DNA of 56,939 bases from Alphaproteobacteria bacterium (GTDB lineage Bacteria; Pseudomonadota; Alphaproteobacteria; RF32; CAG-239), in assembly GCA_017457005.1 (NCBI GenBank), contig JAFTII010000006.1, positions 1-56,939 of the forward strand. The letters are read 5' to 3'. The notes under the pieces are model-generated. The model made no database searches and was not told where the DNA came from. It saw only the letters and a program-made list of their open reading frames with translations. Below are positions 10,379 to 21,372 of the stretch, in pieces. Within the stretch, counting starts at the first letter, position 1. Each line of letters opens with the position of its first letter. A program made the translations under genes and the position numbers.

Positions 10379-12358
10379 ATGTTTTGCAATAAATGCCAAT
10401 CCCGAGAACGTTTAATGTCTTCTGCAATTCGTTTTTTGGCAGCAGATGCTATTAATAAGTCTAATTCCGGACACCCGGGAATGCCTTTAGGAATGGCAGA
10501 TGTAGCCACGGTATTGTTTTCTAAGTTTATTAAAGTTAATCCGAAAGATGCCGGCTGGTTTGACCGAGACAGATTCGTTCTTTCTGCCGGACATGGTTCA
10601 ATGATGCTATATTCGCTTTTATACCTTCTCGGATATAAAGATATTAATTTAGATGATATTAAAAATTTCCGCCAATTAGGCTCTAAAACAGCCGGACATC
10701 CGGAATACAAACATCTTGGCGGTGTGGATATGACTACCGGTCCGTTGGGGCAGGGAATTAGCTCTGCTGTAGGAATGGCGTTGGCAGAAAGAATTATTGC
10801 CAATAAATACGGTAATGATGTGTGTAATCATTATACCTACGTTTTTGCAGGAGATGGCTGCCTCATGGAGGGCATTTCAGAAGAGGCAATTTCTTTAGCG
10901 GGACATCTGAGACTGAATAAGCTTATAGTGTTTTGGGATAATAACAATATTACCATTGACGGTAATGTTAGTTCTGCAAGTTCTACCGATCAGATCAAGC
11001 GTTTTAAGGCATGCGGATGGAATACCGCCAGCATAGACGGCCATAATTATCATCAAATCGCCAAAGCTGTCAAAAAGGCGCAAAAATCATCCCGACCGAC
11101 ACTTATATCCTGTAAAACCGTAATAGGTTATGGAGCTCCCAATAAATGCGGTACTTCCAAATGTCATGGTTCTCCGTTGGGAGTTGAAGAAACTGAAGCA
11201 ATGCGTAAGAGCTTAAATTGGAATTATGCACCGTTTGAAGTTCCTGCAGAAGTATTAAAAATGTGGCGAGAAGCCGGCAAACGCTCAGAAGACAGCTATA
11301 AACAATGGGTGGAAAAATCTAAATATAAAGGTAAAGAATTTCTGGACATTATTAATGGTAAATTACCTAAAGGTTGGGATAAGGATCTGCAAACATTAAA
11401 GATTAATGCGGTCAAAGATCATACCAAAGTAGCTACTAGAAAAGCCTCGCAAATGTGTTTGGAAGCAATCGTACCAAATATACCGCAAATTGTAGGTGGG
11501 TCAGCGGACTTGGCAGCTTCAAATTTGACACTTGTTCAAGCTTCTAAAACTATTACAGCAAAAGATTATAACGGCAATAACGTAATGTATGGAATCAGAG
11601 AGCATGCTATGGCTGCAATAATGAACGGAATGGCTTTGCATGGTGGCATTATTCCGTTTGGTGGAACGTTTTTTGTTTTTTCTGATTACATGCGTCCGGC
11701 GATTCGTTTATCTGCACTTATGGGTTTGCGTGTTATTTATGTTCTGACACATGATTCTATAGGCGTAGGAGAAGATGGTCCGACTCATCAGCCGATTGAG
11801 CATTTAGCATCATACCGTTGTATGCCCAATGTTTTAACTTTTCGTCCTTGTGATGTTGTTGAGACTGCGGAAGCTTGGCAAGTTGCATTAGAAACAGAAA
11901 ATAAACCAAGCCTTTTGACTCTTTCACGACAAAATCTTCCAATGTTAAGAGATGATGTATCTGAAAATTTAACACTAAAAGGCGGATACATAATCAGTGG
12001 CGATTCTAAAAAACGTCAAGCCACTATTATTGCTACCGGTTCAGAAGTTTCTTTAGCCATTTCTGCTAAAGAAAAATTAGCAGAGGAAGGAATTAATGTT
12101 GCGGTTGTCTCTATGCCGTGTTGTGAGCTTTTTGATGCTCAGCCCGAACCTTATCGCCAAGAAGTACTTGGAGAAGCTCCTCGTGTCGCCGTAGAGGCCG
12201 GGGCAAAATTCGGTTGGGAACGATATGTAGGGTGTGATGGCGATATCATCGGAATGGATGGCTTTGGTGCTTCCGGTCCGGCTGAGGAATTGTATAAATA
12301 TTTTGGAATTACGGTGGAAGAAGTTGCTGAAGCTGTAAAAAATTGCATCAAAAAATAA
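10379..12358 (+). CDS. tkt: Transketolase
   Basis: SGHPG, GDGCLMEG and the thiamine-diphosphate-binding regions are present over the full length (659 aa). The start was moved to ATG 10379 after the GGAG Shine-Dalgarno. The ORF-track start at 10334 overlaps the upstream gene. Confidence 0.95.
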   Translation: MFCNKCQSRERLMSSAIRFLAADAINKSNSGHPGMPLGMADVATVLFSKFIKVNPKDAGWFDRDRFVLSAGHGSMMLYSLLYLLGYKDINLDDIKNFRQLGSKTAGHPEYKHLGGVDMTTGPLGQGISSAVGMALAERIIANKYGNDVCNHYTYVFAGDGCLMEGISEEAISLAGHLRLNKLIVFWDNNNITIDGNVSSASSTDQIKRFKACGWNTASIDGHNYHQIAKAVKKAQKSSRPTLISCKTVIGYGAPNKCGTSKCHGSPLGVEETEAMRKSLNWNYAPFEVPAEVLKMWREAGKRSEDSYKQWVEKSKYKGKEFLDIINGKLPKGWDKDLQTLKINAVKDHTKVATRKASQMCLEAIVPNIPQIVGGSADLAASNLTLVQASKTITAKDYNGNNVMYGIREHAMAAIMNGMALHGGIIPFGGTFFVFSDYMRPAIRLSALMGLRVIYVLTHDSIGVGEDGPTHQPIEHLASYRCMPNVLTFRPCDVVETAEAWQVALETENKPSLLTLSRQNLPMLRDDVSENLTLKGGYIISGDSKKRQATIIATGSEVSLAISAKEKLAEEGINVAVVSMPCCELFDAQPEPYRQEVLGEAPRVAVEAGAKFGWERYVGCDGDIIGMDGFGASGPAEELYKYFGITVEEVAEAVKNCIKK

Positions 12359-12364
12359 ACAAAA

Positions 12365-12392
12365 AGGACCTGAAACATTTGTTTCAGGTCCT
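12365..12392 (+). terminator. Rho-independent-type hairpin after tkt
   Basis: 12-bp stem aggacctgaaac / gtttcaggtcct with loop attt, starting 7 nt after the tkt stop. Confidence 0.65.
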
Positions 12393-12552
12393 TCGTTATC
12401 TGCAAATTGCTAATAAATAAACCTATTTTATTTGGAGGATGATTATGGTTTATAAAATTAGTTCAATTCTACAGATAAAACCCATATAAATACAGAGAAC
12501 GAATCTGTTATTTGTCATTATTTTAAATATTTTGGCTAATATGTCAATAAAT

Positions 12553-12584
12553 AAAACTGCTCATAATTTGCGATGAGCAGTTTT
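12553..12584. terminator. Bidirectional terminator (serves the minus-strand ferritin-like gene)
   Basis: 12-bp stem aaaactgctcat / atgagcagtttt, flanked by an A-run and a T-run. Confidence 0.6.
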
Positions 12585-12620
12585 ATTGTTTTAAAACAAA
12601 AAGTTAGTGCTGATATTTTT

Positions 12621-13121
12621 TTATTTTAGGTGTTTTACCGTTATATCTATATCGTCAATAAAATCCCCTATTTCTTGTTCATGTTCAAGTTCTTCTTTAA
12701 GTATTTTAGCGGAGATTCTATATGTTTCATAATCTTTACCGAAAGTTATATCGCATATTTTTTGATATCTGGCTACAGCACAACGTTCGGCTATCAGATT
12801 TTGTTGGAGCAATGTCACAACATAAGGATCAAGAGGAGCATCATATTTACAATTTGCAACAGTCTTCCAATTTTCCGGATCCAATACCGGTGTCCCGCCA
12901 AGTTGAATAATCCTTTCGGATAACCACTTTGCGTGTTTTAATTCTTCATTTGCATGTTCTTCAAATTCTTCTGTTACTGAAGTTCTCATAGGTCCTGTTG
13001 CCACTTGAGCTCCAACCCAATATTGATAATATGCCAGCCACTCTTCAGCAAAAGCAGCATTAAGTTCTTTAACGATTTCATCTTTATCAATTTTGATAAT
13101 TTTTTGTGCCATTTCGCCCAT
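12621..13121 (-). CDS. Ferritin-like di-iron protein (bacterioferritin/Dps-like)
   Basis: Two ExxH motifs (EELKH, EELEH) plus upstream Glu residues fit a four-helix-bundle pattern. Start at ATG 13121, 6 nt after AAGGAGG. The ORF-track start at 13166 is an over-extension. Confidence 0.75.
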   Translation of the reverse strand: MGEMAQKIIKIDKDEIVKELNAAFAEEWLAYYQYWVGAQVATGPMRTSVTEEFEEHANEELKHAKWLSERIIQLGGTPVLDPENWKTVANCKYDAPLDPYVVTLLQQNLIAERCAVARYQKICDITFGKDYETYRISAKILKEELEHEQEIGDFIDDIDITVKHLK

Positions 13122-13249
13122 TACAAACCTCCTTGATAAAATTTTGGCTGAAAAATAGGTAGTCATTAATGTTAAAAATTCAAGCTGAAATTAACTTGCT
13201 ATTAAAAAAAATCAGTTTAAAGTGATAGTAATATAAAAAGGAAGATTTT

Positions 13250-13903
13250 ATGGTAAAAATAGCTCCAAGTATTTTATCGGCAAATTTTGCTAATTTGGCT
13301 GAAGATATAAAACTTTTGGATGTCGCTGGTGCAGACATGATACATTTTGATGTAATGGATGGTTGTTTTGTACCAAACATAAGTTTCGGTGCCGGAGTAA
13401 TCAAAAGTGTCCGCCCTTTGACCAACCTTATTTTTGATGTTCATCTGATGATAAATGAACCACATGATAAAATAACATGGTTTTCAGAAGCCGGAGCAGA
13501 TATTATTACAATCCATGCCGAAGCTTGTTCAGATATAATAGCTTCGTTAAAAAAAATAAGATCTTTAGGATGTAAAGCAGCCATATCGCTTAACCCTTCC
13601 ACTTCTGCAGAAACAATAATCCCATTGTTGGATTATTTGGATATGGTTTTGATAATGAGCGTTAATCCCGGATTTGGCGGTCAAAAGTTTATGAATGAGC
13701 AGTTAGCTAAGATCAGAACAGTAAAAAAAATAATTGCCGGAAGAGATATTGTTATAGAGGTTGATGGAGGTATAAATAAAGATACCGCACCGTTGGCAAT
13801 ATCTGCCGGTGCTGATATTTTGGTTGCCGGCACCGCAATACTAAACGGTGATGATTATCAGGCAAATATAAAATCTTTGCAAAATCCAACAGGAGAAAAA
13901 TAA
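13250..13903 (+). CDS. rpe: Ribulose-phosphate 3-epimerase
   Basis: IAPSILSANF...HFDVMDG.FVPN and the VNPGFGGQ motifs are present. Confidence 0.95.
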   Translation: MVKIAPSILSANFANLAEDIKLLDVAGADMIHFDVMDGCFVPNISFGAGVIKSVRPLTNLIFDVHLMINEPHDKITWFSEAGADIITIHAEACSDIIASLKKIRSLGCKAAISLNPSTSAETIIPLLDYLDMVLIMSVNPGFGGQKFMNEQLAKIRTVKKIIAGRDIVIEVDGGINKDTAPLAISAGADILVAGTAILNGDDYQANIKSLQNPTGEK

Positions 13904-14589
13904 TGCAACATACTATAATGATTGTAGAAGATGAAGAAGCAATTGCATTAATGCTGAGATATAATTTAGAAAAAGAAGGATATAAGGTTGTTGTAGAGGG
14001 GCGGGGTAATCATGTTATTGCAGAAATAGAAAAACATTGCCCATCTGTTATTTTGTTAGATTGGATGCTACCGGAATTATCAGGTGTGGAGATCTGTCGT
14101 TTGGTACGCTCTAAGCCGGATATTAAATCTATTCCGATTATTATGCTCACGGCTAAAGGAGAAGAAGAGGATAAAATAAAAGGTTTGAATGCCGGAGCAG
14201 ATGATTACGTTACTAAGCCGTTTTCTATTCCGGAATTAATGGCGAGAGTTAAAACGCAACTTCGTCATTCTCCGGAGCCGATAGCTGAAAAAGAATTGTT
14301 GTTTGAAGATATTCGTATGGACTTGATAGAAAAAAAAGTTTTTCGCGGAGAAACCTTTATTCACTTAGGACCTACGGAGTTTCGTTTGCTGAAAATGCTT
14401 ATGGAAAATCCCGGAAAAGTGTTTTCTCGTGAATATTTGCTTAAGAATGTATGGGGTGATAATATTTATGTGGAATCACGAACTGTTGATGTTCATATTC
14501 GCAGATTAAGACGTTCCCTTAATAATTATGGTCCTGACTATATACGAACCGTACGCGCAACTGGATATTCCATAGACATTACTGAATAA
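13903..14589 (+). CDS. phoB: OmpR-family response regulator, PhoB-like
   Basis: The receiver domain carries LDWMLPELSG...MLTAKGEEEDKIKGLNAGADDYVTKPF, very close to the PhoB pattern, and is followed by a winged-helix C-terminus. TAATG overlap with rpe. Confidence 0.8.
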   Translation: MQHTIMIVEDEEAIALMLRYNLEKEGYKVVVEGRGNHVIAEIEKHCPSVILLDWMLPELSGVEICRLVRSKPDIKSIPIIMLTAKGEEEDKIKGLNAGADDYVTKPFSIPELMARVKTQLRHSPEPIAEKELLFEDIRMDLIEKKVFRGETFIHLGPTEFRLLKMLMENPGKVFSREYLLKNVWGDNIYVESRTVDVHIRRLRRSLNNYGPDYIRTVRATGYSIDITE

Positions 14590-15741
<1,152 letters not shown>

Positions 15742-15743
15742 GA

Positions 15744-16664
15744 ATGGATAACCGAAATTGTGATGCTGCACCAAAAAATTTACGCGTTTGCGTTTCCGGA
15801 GGTCACCGAGATGGAAAGGACTCTGTTTATGTAGAGGAGTGCTATAAGCTGGGTGCTAAAATTGCAAAAATGGGATTTCGCTTGGATTACGGTTTTTCTA
15901 ATTCCGGTGTTATGGGGGCGGTTGCCCGAGGAGTTTTAGATAACTGGCTTGAGCGAAAAGATAAATTTTATAGTAATGTAGCTCCTATTGTTGGGGTAAC
16001 CACCAAAGAATATTATGAGCTATACGAGAAAGATGAATTTTTACAACAAATCAGCGAAGTTGTATTAGAAGACACTCTTGAAAACAGAAAGATCAGATTA
16101 CTGGAAGCTGATATTGTGGTATTTGCCCCCGGAGGAGTAGGCACACTGGATGAATTAGCGTATGATTGTGTTGCCATGCAAGACGGATTTTTAAAAACCA
16201 AGCCGTTTATTATTTATAATGTTGACGGTTTCTTTTATCATATTTTAGAATTTTTAAAAGCTTTGGCAGCGACAGGGTTTGCAAATCCTGTTCCTTTTAT
16301 TGTTGTTGACAATAGTGAAGATTTGGATACAGCCTTCAGATTATTAAAACTAAAGTACAAGGAATGTTCCAATTCTAAAGAGGCGTATGCACAGGCGCGG
16401 CAATTGGCTTATGAGCTTCCTTTCTTTATAAAGAAGAAAAAAAATGAAGGAATTTACGTGGAAGATATAATATCTTATATAGATGATGTAAATGAAAATG
16501 GTTCTGATGAACAAATAGCTTCTTTAAAAAATGAGATTGAACAAGCCTATCTGGAAAAAGAAATTGAACGCATGTATGATCGCTTGGCCAAAACAGGAAG
16601 AGATACGGCGGTTGTTAGTGATAAATTAACAAAACTCAAAAAGCGTAAGCAAGGTTCAGTTTAA
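15744..16664 (+). CDS. LOG-family (TIGR00730-like) nucleotide N-glycosidase homologue with a charged C-terminal extension
   Basis: The PGGVGTLDE motif is present. The first glycine-rich motif is atypical (GFSNSGVMG). The C-terminal tail of about 90 aa is Lys/Glu-rich. The gene starts 2 nt after the tgt stop. Confidence 0.7.
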   Translation: MDNRNCDAAPKNLRVCVSGGHRDGKDSVYVEECYKLGAKIAKMGFRLDYGFSNSGVMGAVARGVLDNWLERKDKFYSNVAPIVGVTTKEYYELYEKDEFLQQISEVVLEDTLENRKIRLLEADIVVFAPGGVGTLDELAYDCVAMQDGFLKTKPFIIYNVDGFFYHILEFLKALAATGFANPVPFIVVDNSEDLDTAFRLLKLKYKECSNSKEAYAQARQLAYELPFFIKKKKNEGIYVEDIISYIDDVNENGSDEQIASLKNEIEQAYLEKEIERMYDRLAKTGRDTAVVSDKLTKLKKRKQGSV

Positions 16665-16720
16665 TTAAATATTAATTTCAAAATTTTAAACTATAATTAG
16701 ATACAACAGGAAAAATCAAA

Positions 16721-17947
16721 ATGCTTAATGCCATTTGGATTATGTTTTTTATGATTGCATTTATTTGCGCAGGATATCAGAGCTTTATTCTCGGAGACGT
16801 AGGTATATGGCATTCTTTAATTTCAGCAAGCTTTTCATCTGCAAAATCAGCATTTGAAATTTGTCTCAACTTAACCGGAATTATGTGTTTGTGGTTGGGT
16901 TTGCTAAAAATCGCTGAAGCATCTGGTTTAGCCACTCTGTTAACAAAATTATTACAACCGCTTTTCAGGCGTATTATGCCGGATGTGCCGGATAATAGTC
17001 CTGCCCTTGCTTCTATTATGATGAATATTGCTACTAATATGCTCGGATTAGATAATGCCGCAACACCGATGGGCATAAAAGCCATGGAGCAATTACAAGA
17101 AATTAACCCAACTCCGCAAATAGCTTCAAAAGCGCAACAATTGTTTTTAGTTATTAATGCTTCTGCGGTAACAATCATTCCTATCACTATTTTAATGTAT
17201 CGTTCTGAACTTGGTTCTCTTAATCCGGCGGCTGTATTTATTCCGATTTTGCTGGCAACATCAGTTTCTACACTAGTTGGCTTTTTAAGTATTGCATACG
17301 TTCAAAAATTAAATATTTTTAATTTGGTAGTAATGGGTTATGTTGGAGGGGCAGTAGCTTTTATTGCTGCAATTGCGTGTTATTTTTCGGCTCTGCCAGA
17401 TGATATAAGAGTTTTGCAAAGCACAGCTGTCGGTAATTTTATATTATTTTTATTTATGGTCAGTTTTATATTTTACGGATTTATCCGTAAGGTTAACGTT
17501 TATGACAAATTCATTAAAGGTGCAAAAGAAGGGTTTGCTGTCGCAATAAAAATAATTCCATATTTAGTTGCCATGCTTGTCGCAATATCTGTTTTTAGAG
17601 CAAGCGGAGCTTTGGATTGGTTGGTTGCCGGAATTGAACAATTATTTGATTGTTTAGGCATAAATACAGATTTTGTAAAAGCTCTTCCGACAGCTTTTCT
17701 GAAGCCGTTATCCGGTAGCGGAGCTAGGGCTATGATGATAGAAACTATGCAGAGATATGGAGCAGATAGTTTTACAGGATATGTTTCATCAGTTGTTCAA
17801 GGTTCAACTGAAACGACTTTTTATGTATTGGCACTTTATTTTGGTGCTGTAGGTATAAGTAAAGTAGGAGCAGCGCTTCCTTGTGCGTTATTGGCTGATT
17901 TAGCCGGTATTGTTGCGGCTGTTTACTTTTCTTATATCTTTTATTGA
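16721..17947 (+). CDS. Nucleoside-recognition (Gate) domain membrane protein, fused SpmA/SpmB-like
   Basis: A 408-aa polytopic membrane protein. Both halves resemble the SpmA/SpmB nucleoside-recognition family. Confidence 0.65.
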   Translation: MLNAIWIMFFMIAFICAGYQSFILGDVGIWHSLISASFSSAKSAFEICLNLTGIMCLWLGLLKIAEASGLATLLTKLLQPLFRRIMPDVPDNSPALASIMMNIATNMLGLDNAATPMGIKAMEQLQEINPTPQIASKAQQLFLVINASAVTIIPITILMYRSELGSLNPAAVFIPILLATSVSTLVGFLSIAYVQKLNIFNLVVMGYVGGAVAFIAAIACYFSALPDDIRVLQSTAVGNFILFLFMVSFIFYGFIRKVNVYDKFIKGAKEGFAVAIKIIPYLVAMLVAISVFRASGALDWLVAGIEQLFDCLGINTDFVKALPTAFLKPLSGSGARAMMIETMQRYGADSFTGYVSSVVQGSTETTFYVLALYFGAVGISKVGAALPCALLADLAGIVAAVYFSYIFY

Positions 17948-17968
17948 TATAATAGAAACGGAGAAAAA

Positions 17969-18409
17969 ATGAAAGCCTTATTACAAAGAGTATCGCAAGC
18001 TTCTGTATCGGTAGATAATAAAAAAGTATCTGAAATTAACAAAGGATTATTGATATTTTTAGGGGTAGAGAGAGAGGATGGTGAGCTTCAGGCACAATAT
18101 TTAGCTCGCAAAGCCGCAAATTTGCGTATTTTTGAAGATAATAACGGTAAAATGAATTTATCTGTTAAAGATATCAAAGGTGAAATCTTGGTTGTTTCTC
18201 AGTTTACTTTAGCTGGGGATACAAGTCGTGGCAACCGTCCGGGATTTGATAAAGCCGCCAAACCTGAAGAGGCTGAGTATTTATACCAATTTTTCTGCAA
18301 AGCATTGCAGCATAACGGAATAAATGTACAAACCGGAGTGTTTCAGGCAGATATGAAAGTTTCTTTACTGAACGATGGACCTGCAACATTTATATTAGAA
18401 AAAAATTAA
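17969..18409 (+). CDS. dtd: D-aminoacyl-tRNA deacylase
   Basis: MKALLQRV..., SQFTL and NDGP.T motifs in a 146-aa protein. Confidence 0.95.
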   Translation: MKALLQRVSQASVSVDNKKVSEINKGLLIFLGVEREDGELQAQYLARKAANLRIFEDNNGKMNLSVKDIKGEILVVSQFTLAGDTSRGNRPGFDKAAKPEEAEYLYQFFCKALQHNGINVQTGVFQADMKVSLLNDGPATFILEKN

Positions 18410-18420
18410 AAGGAGGTATC

Positions 18421-19206
18421 ATGACTGACAACGCAGCATTAATTTTTGAAGGTTTGTTAGAAAGGCTTTATATGCTTCCTTTTAGTCAAACCTCTAAAAT
18501 TAAAGATTTAGAGATTCGTATTTATACTGAACTACAGAATCATCCTGCCAATATATGCGGGCTGATAACTTTAATGTTCTTGCAAATTATGCAAGGTAAT
18601 CGTGTTGGTGCTAAGGATACTGCATATAAGATATGGGACATTGGTGGGGAATTATCACCTTATTTTGAAGCCGCCTATATTGAAAACTTACTGAATATAG
18701 GCTTGTTGGATATGGCTGAAATCCTCTTAAAACCCAGATCTGAGCAATTAACATCAGAAAATATTAAATATTTTTATTCATCTCTGATAAAGTTTGCCAT
18801 CATAACCGGAAATTTAGATCTTTTAGAGCGTCTGAAATCTTTCTATATAACAAGTGATGATGAAAATTTGCTTTATGAATTTGTTGAGATGTTTCGGATA
18901 GCAGGTTGTGTAGGACAATTCAAAAATATCCAAAAATTAATTTTTGATCATATCAAAAACAATGTTTGCGCTTATGAGTATAATTTGTATGATGACCGAG
19001 GGTTTGCCGATTTAGAAATTGAAATATATACTAATGGAGACGAAGCTCAAAATCAAAAAGAACTTTCCGTTCTTAATCGTAAGTTAGATTCATATTGGTT
19101 TAGCTGCGGAAAACAACGATTATATAATCATTCGGTAGTCTTTAAACATATTAGAGAACATAATTCTTGGATAGAGCCTGATCCTAAATTTTTGGAGGAG
19201 TTATAA
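18421..19206 (+). CDS. Hypothetical helical protein
   Basis: A 261-aa ORF in an operon-like position after dtd. No family recognised. Confidence 0.5.
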   Translation: MTDNAALIFEGLLERLYMLPFSQTSKIKDLEIRIYTELQNHPANICGLITLMFLQIMQGNRVGAKDTAYKIWDIGGELSPYFEAAYIENLLNIGLLDMAEILLKPRSEQLTSENIKYFYSSLIKFAIITGNLDLLERLKSFYITSDDENLLYEFVEMFRIAGCVGQFKNIQKLIFDHIKNNVCAYEYNLYDDRGFADLEIEIYTNGDEAQNQKELSVLNRKLDSYWFSCGKQRLYNHSVVFKHIREHNSWIEPDPKFLEEL

Positions 19207-20158
19207 TAGCTCCGCTATCATAGGTAAGGTTTTTTATTTTAGGCAATATTTGCGATGTAGCCTTCTTTAGCAGTTTTTTTAATAAACCGCTTGCCACACT
19301 TTGCTCATCTTCGGAATTTTCAAACAAAATAAACCTGTTTTGATGTTCTAATAACTTAAAGTCGTCTTTAGTGCTTTGTAATTCAATGGCTATTACCATC
19401 TGTAGGCGATTCGTTTGTTTGTTTATGGGATCTACTTTTGCTCGCAAAACTTTTGTTTTTATAATATAATCAGCATCATTTGTGCCTGTTGTTATTATAA
19501 TATCCGGTCGTTCTTCCAAAACTTGAGCTATGTTGTGTTGAAAAGCATTGGTTGAGGTGTTATTAAAAAACTTTGTGCTTTCAATAAAAATTTTCGTTTT
19601 TGTATTGTCTTGAGTCTTAGAAACAGAAGATGGTAAATCCGCAATTTCTGCTTGTTCTATAGCAACTTTTTCATCTATCTTTATTTCCGGTTTAGGGGGC
19701 AAGCCGTTAGGTGAGGGCATGGTTAAAGCTTCTTTTTCAATCTCTAACTTTTCCGGATATGCTTCTTGCTGCGTTTCCGCCAGTTCGGCGGCTGCTGAAG
19801 AAATATTGTTTTTATTAAGAAATCCGGTTATCTCCACACAAACTTTTAATTCGTTTTGAGAGGTGGTTCTGGTGGTTAAGTCTTCCAAATATGTATCTAC
19901 TAATTTATAAATCAGTAAATTATACTTATGGTCATCATATTGTGAGCGATAAAAACTTAAATCTCCGATATTTTCTAAAGCTTTAAAACATGCCTTATCT
20001 GTTGCTCTCATTCTGGTAGAAGATGTAGATTCTTCCGGGCGAATTGCTTCACAAACAGAGGAATATAGCGTAATAATATCAGGATCAAAAGTTTCTGCTC
20101 GCAAGAAACTTATCCAAAGTAAATTTATACATAAATATATAAAAAGAGTTTTGCGCAT
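19184..20158 (-). CDS. Hypothetical secreted protein with an LpoB/TolB-N-like C-terminal module
   Basis: The signal peptide is MRKTLFIYLCINLLWISFLRA. The C-terminal pattern is F.N.T...(15-25 aa)...ADYII.TKV. The start ATG at 20158 overlaps the upstream stop (TAATG). Confidence 0.5.
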   Translation of the reverse strand: MRKTLFIYLCINLLWISFLRAETFDPDIITLYSSVCEAIRPEESTSSTRMRATDKACFKALENIGDLSFYRSQYDDHKYNLLIYKLVDTYLEDLTTRTTSQNELKVCVEITGFLNKNNISSAAAELAETQQEAYPEKLEIEKEALTMPSPNGLPPKPEIKIDEKVAIEQAEIADLPSSVSKTQDNTKTKIFIESTKFFNNTSTNAFQHNIAQVLEERPDIIITTGTNDADYIIKTKVLRAKVDPINKQTNRLQMVIAIELQSTKDDFKLLEHQNRFILFENSEDEQSVASGLLKKLLKKATSQILPKIKNLTYDSGAIITPPKI

Positions 20159-20775
20159 TACCACCAACTACGGTCATCATTACGAATTCTGCGAACAGTT
20201 TCAGACCATTCGTTTATTTTGTTGTTTTCAGTGTCTGATAAAATCATTTTGTATTCTATTATCGGGTCATCATCTGTAGCAACATTATCAATAAAAGTTT
20301 CTAAGATATAATCTGCTTCGTTTTTGTCGTTAACAATTTTAAACGTACCGGAACCTTCAATTATTTTTTTTGTAGTTTGCTCAGCTTTATATATACCATC
20401 GGGCATTTTATCATTATTTTTTTTCAATCCGGCAATATATAAAAATACATTACCGTTTTGTTCATAAATATTGCGAGTATCATCCAGCATTTTGTTGGTT
20501 GCTCTTGAGGCCGGAATTGCATAAACCTCTGCAATCGGAGTTTGCACCTTATATGTTATACCAGATAATTCATTTATAGCGGGAGTTTCCGGAATAGGCA
20601 TATCTTCATCTATAGGAATTTCAACAATTTTAACCTCGGAAGGTTCAGAAACTTTAGCAACTCTTATTCCGGTATAATCATTTTCTTGCCACAAATCAAT
20701 GAGTGTTGTTTCTTCATCAACTGCGCAACCGCTCAGAATACAAGCTATTGCGGTTAGTGCTAAAGTTTTTTTCAT
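20158..20775 (-). CDS. Lipoprotein with an LpoB-like (penicillin-binding-protein activator-like) module
   Basis: The lipobox is LSGC. The C-terminal pattern is ATNKML...KKNN...GTFKIV...EADYILETFI. Confidence 0.5.
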   Translation of the reverse strand: MKKTLALTAIACILSGCAVDEETTLIDLWQENDYTGIRVAKVSEPSEVKIVEIPIDEDMPIPETPAINELSGITYKVQTPIAEVYAIPASRATNKMLDDTRNIYEQNGNVFLYIAGLKKNNDKMPDGIYKAEQTTKKIIEGSGTFKIVNDKNEADYILETFIDNVATDDDPIIEYKMILSDTENNKINEWSETVRRIRNDDRSWW

Positions 20776-20926
20776 GGAAACTCCTTGTTTGAAAATTTAA
20801 CATAGCAAAATTATAACTTAATTTTATAAATTAACATTATAAATTTTTAGTTATTCACTATTTGCAATTTAAAATAATTTATACTAGACTTCTGCTGTCT
20901 TAAATAAGGAAAGAGATTTTTACTAT

Positions 20927-21364
20927 ATGGTTATTACTTTTACGGCTATCTTGTTCGGACTTGCAGCAGTTATATTCCCGTTGCGTCAAAATAAATTCTT
21001 TTTATTGAGCAGTGCGTTGGTCATTGGAGCGGCATATTTTATAGAGCATAATTATTTTCGTACCAGTATATTTAGCCATAAGACAATTTTGTTGTTTTTG
21101 GTTTTTCATTTAATTGCGATTAATTTTTCAACGTTCATTGCGTATGGAACAGATAAACGAGCAGCTCAAAGAGGGCAATGGCGTGTAAGCGAACGAGATT
21201 TGCACATGTTGGAGTTTTTGGGCGGTTGGCTCGGAGCTTTTCTCGGACAACGTTTTTTTCATCACAAAACCACCAAAAAAAGTTATCAGGCAACTTATAA
21301 ATTTATGATTATTATGGAGTTTGCCGCAATTTGGGTTATTTTGAAATATTTACATTTATTATAG
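20927..21364 (+). CDS. DUF1294 family membrane protein
   Basis: The motif DKRAAQRGQWRVSERDLHMLEFLGGWLGAFLGQRFFHHKT is typical of DUF1294. Confidence 0.75.
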   Translation: MVITFTAILFGLAAVIFPLRQNKFFLLSSALVIGAAYFIEHNYFRTSIFSHKTILLFLVFHLIAINFSTFIAYGTDKRAAQRGQWRVSERDLHMLEFLGGWLGAFLGQRFFHHKTTKKSYQATYKFMIIMEFAAIWVILKYLHLL

Positions 21365-21372
21365 GACTTATC

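Noticed and set aside
12439-12489. A mini-ORF (MIMVYKISSILQIKPI) directly after a GGAGG in the tkt/ferritin intergenic region. It is also Ile-rich.
   Set aside because: It has no cognate downstream gene and no terminator coupled to its stop, and the first ATG is too close to the Shine-Dalgarno sequence. I keep it only as a negative control showing that Ile-rich mini-ORFs arise by chance in this AT-rich genome, which tempers the ileS-leader hypothesis.
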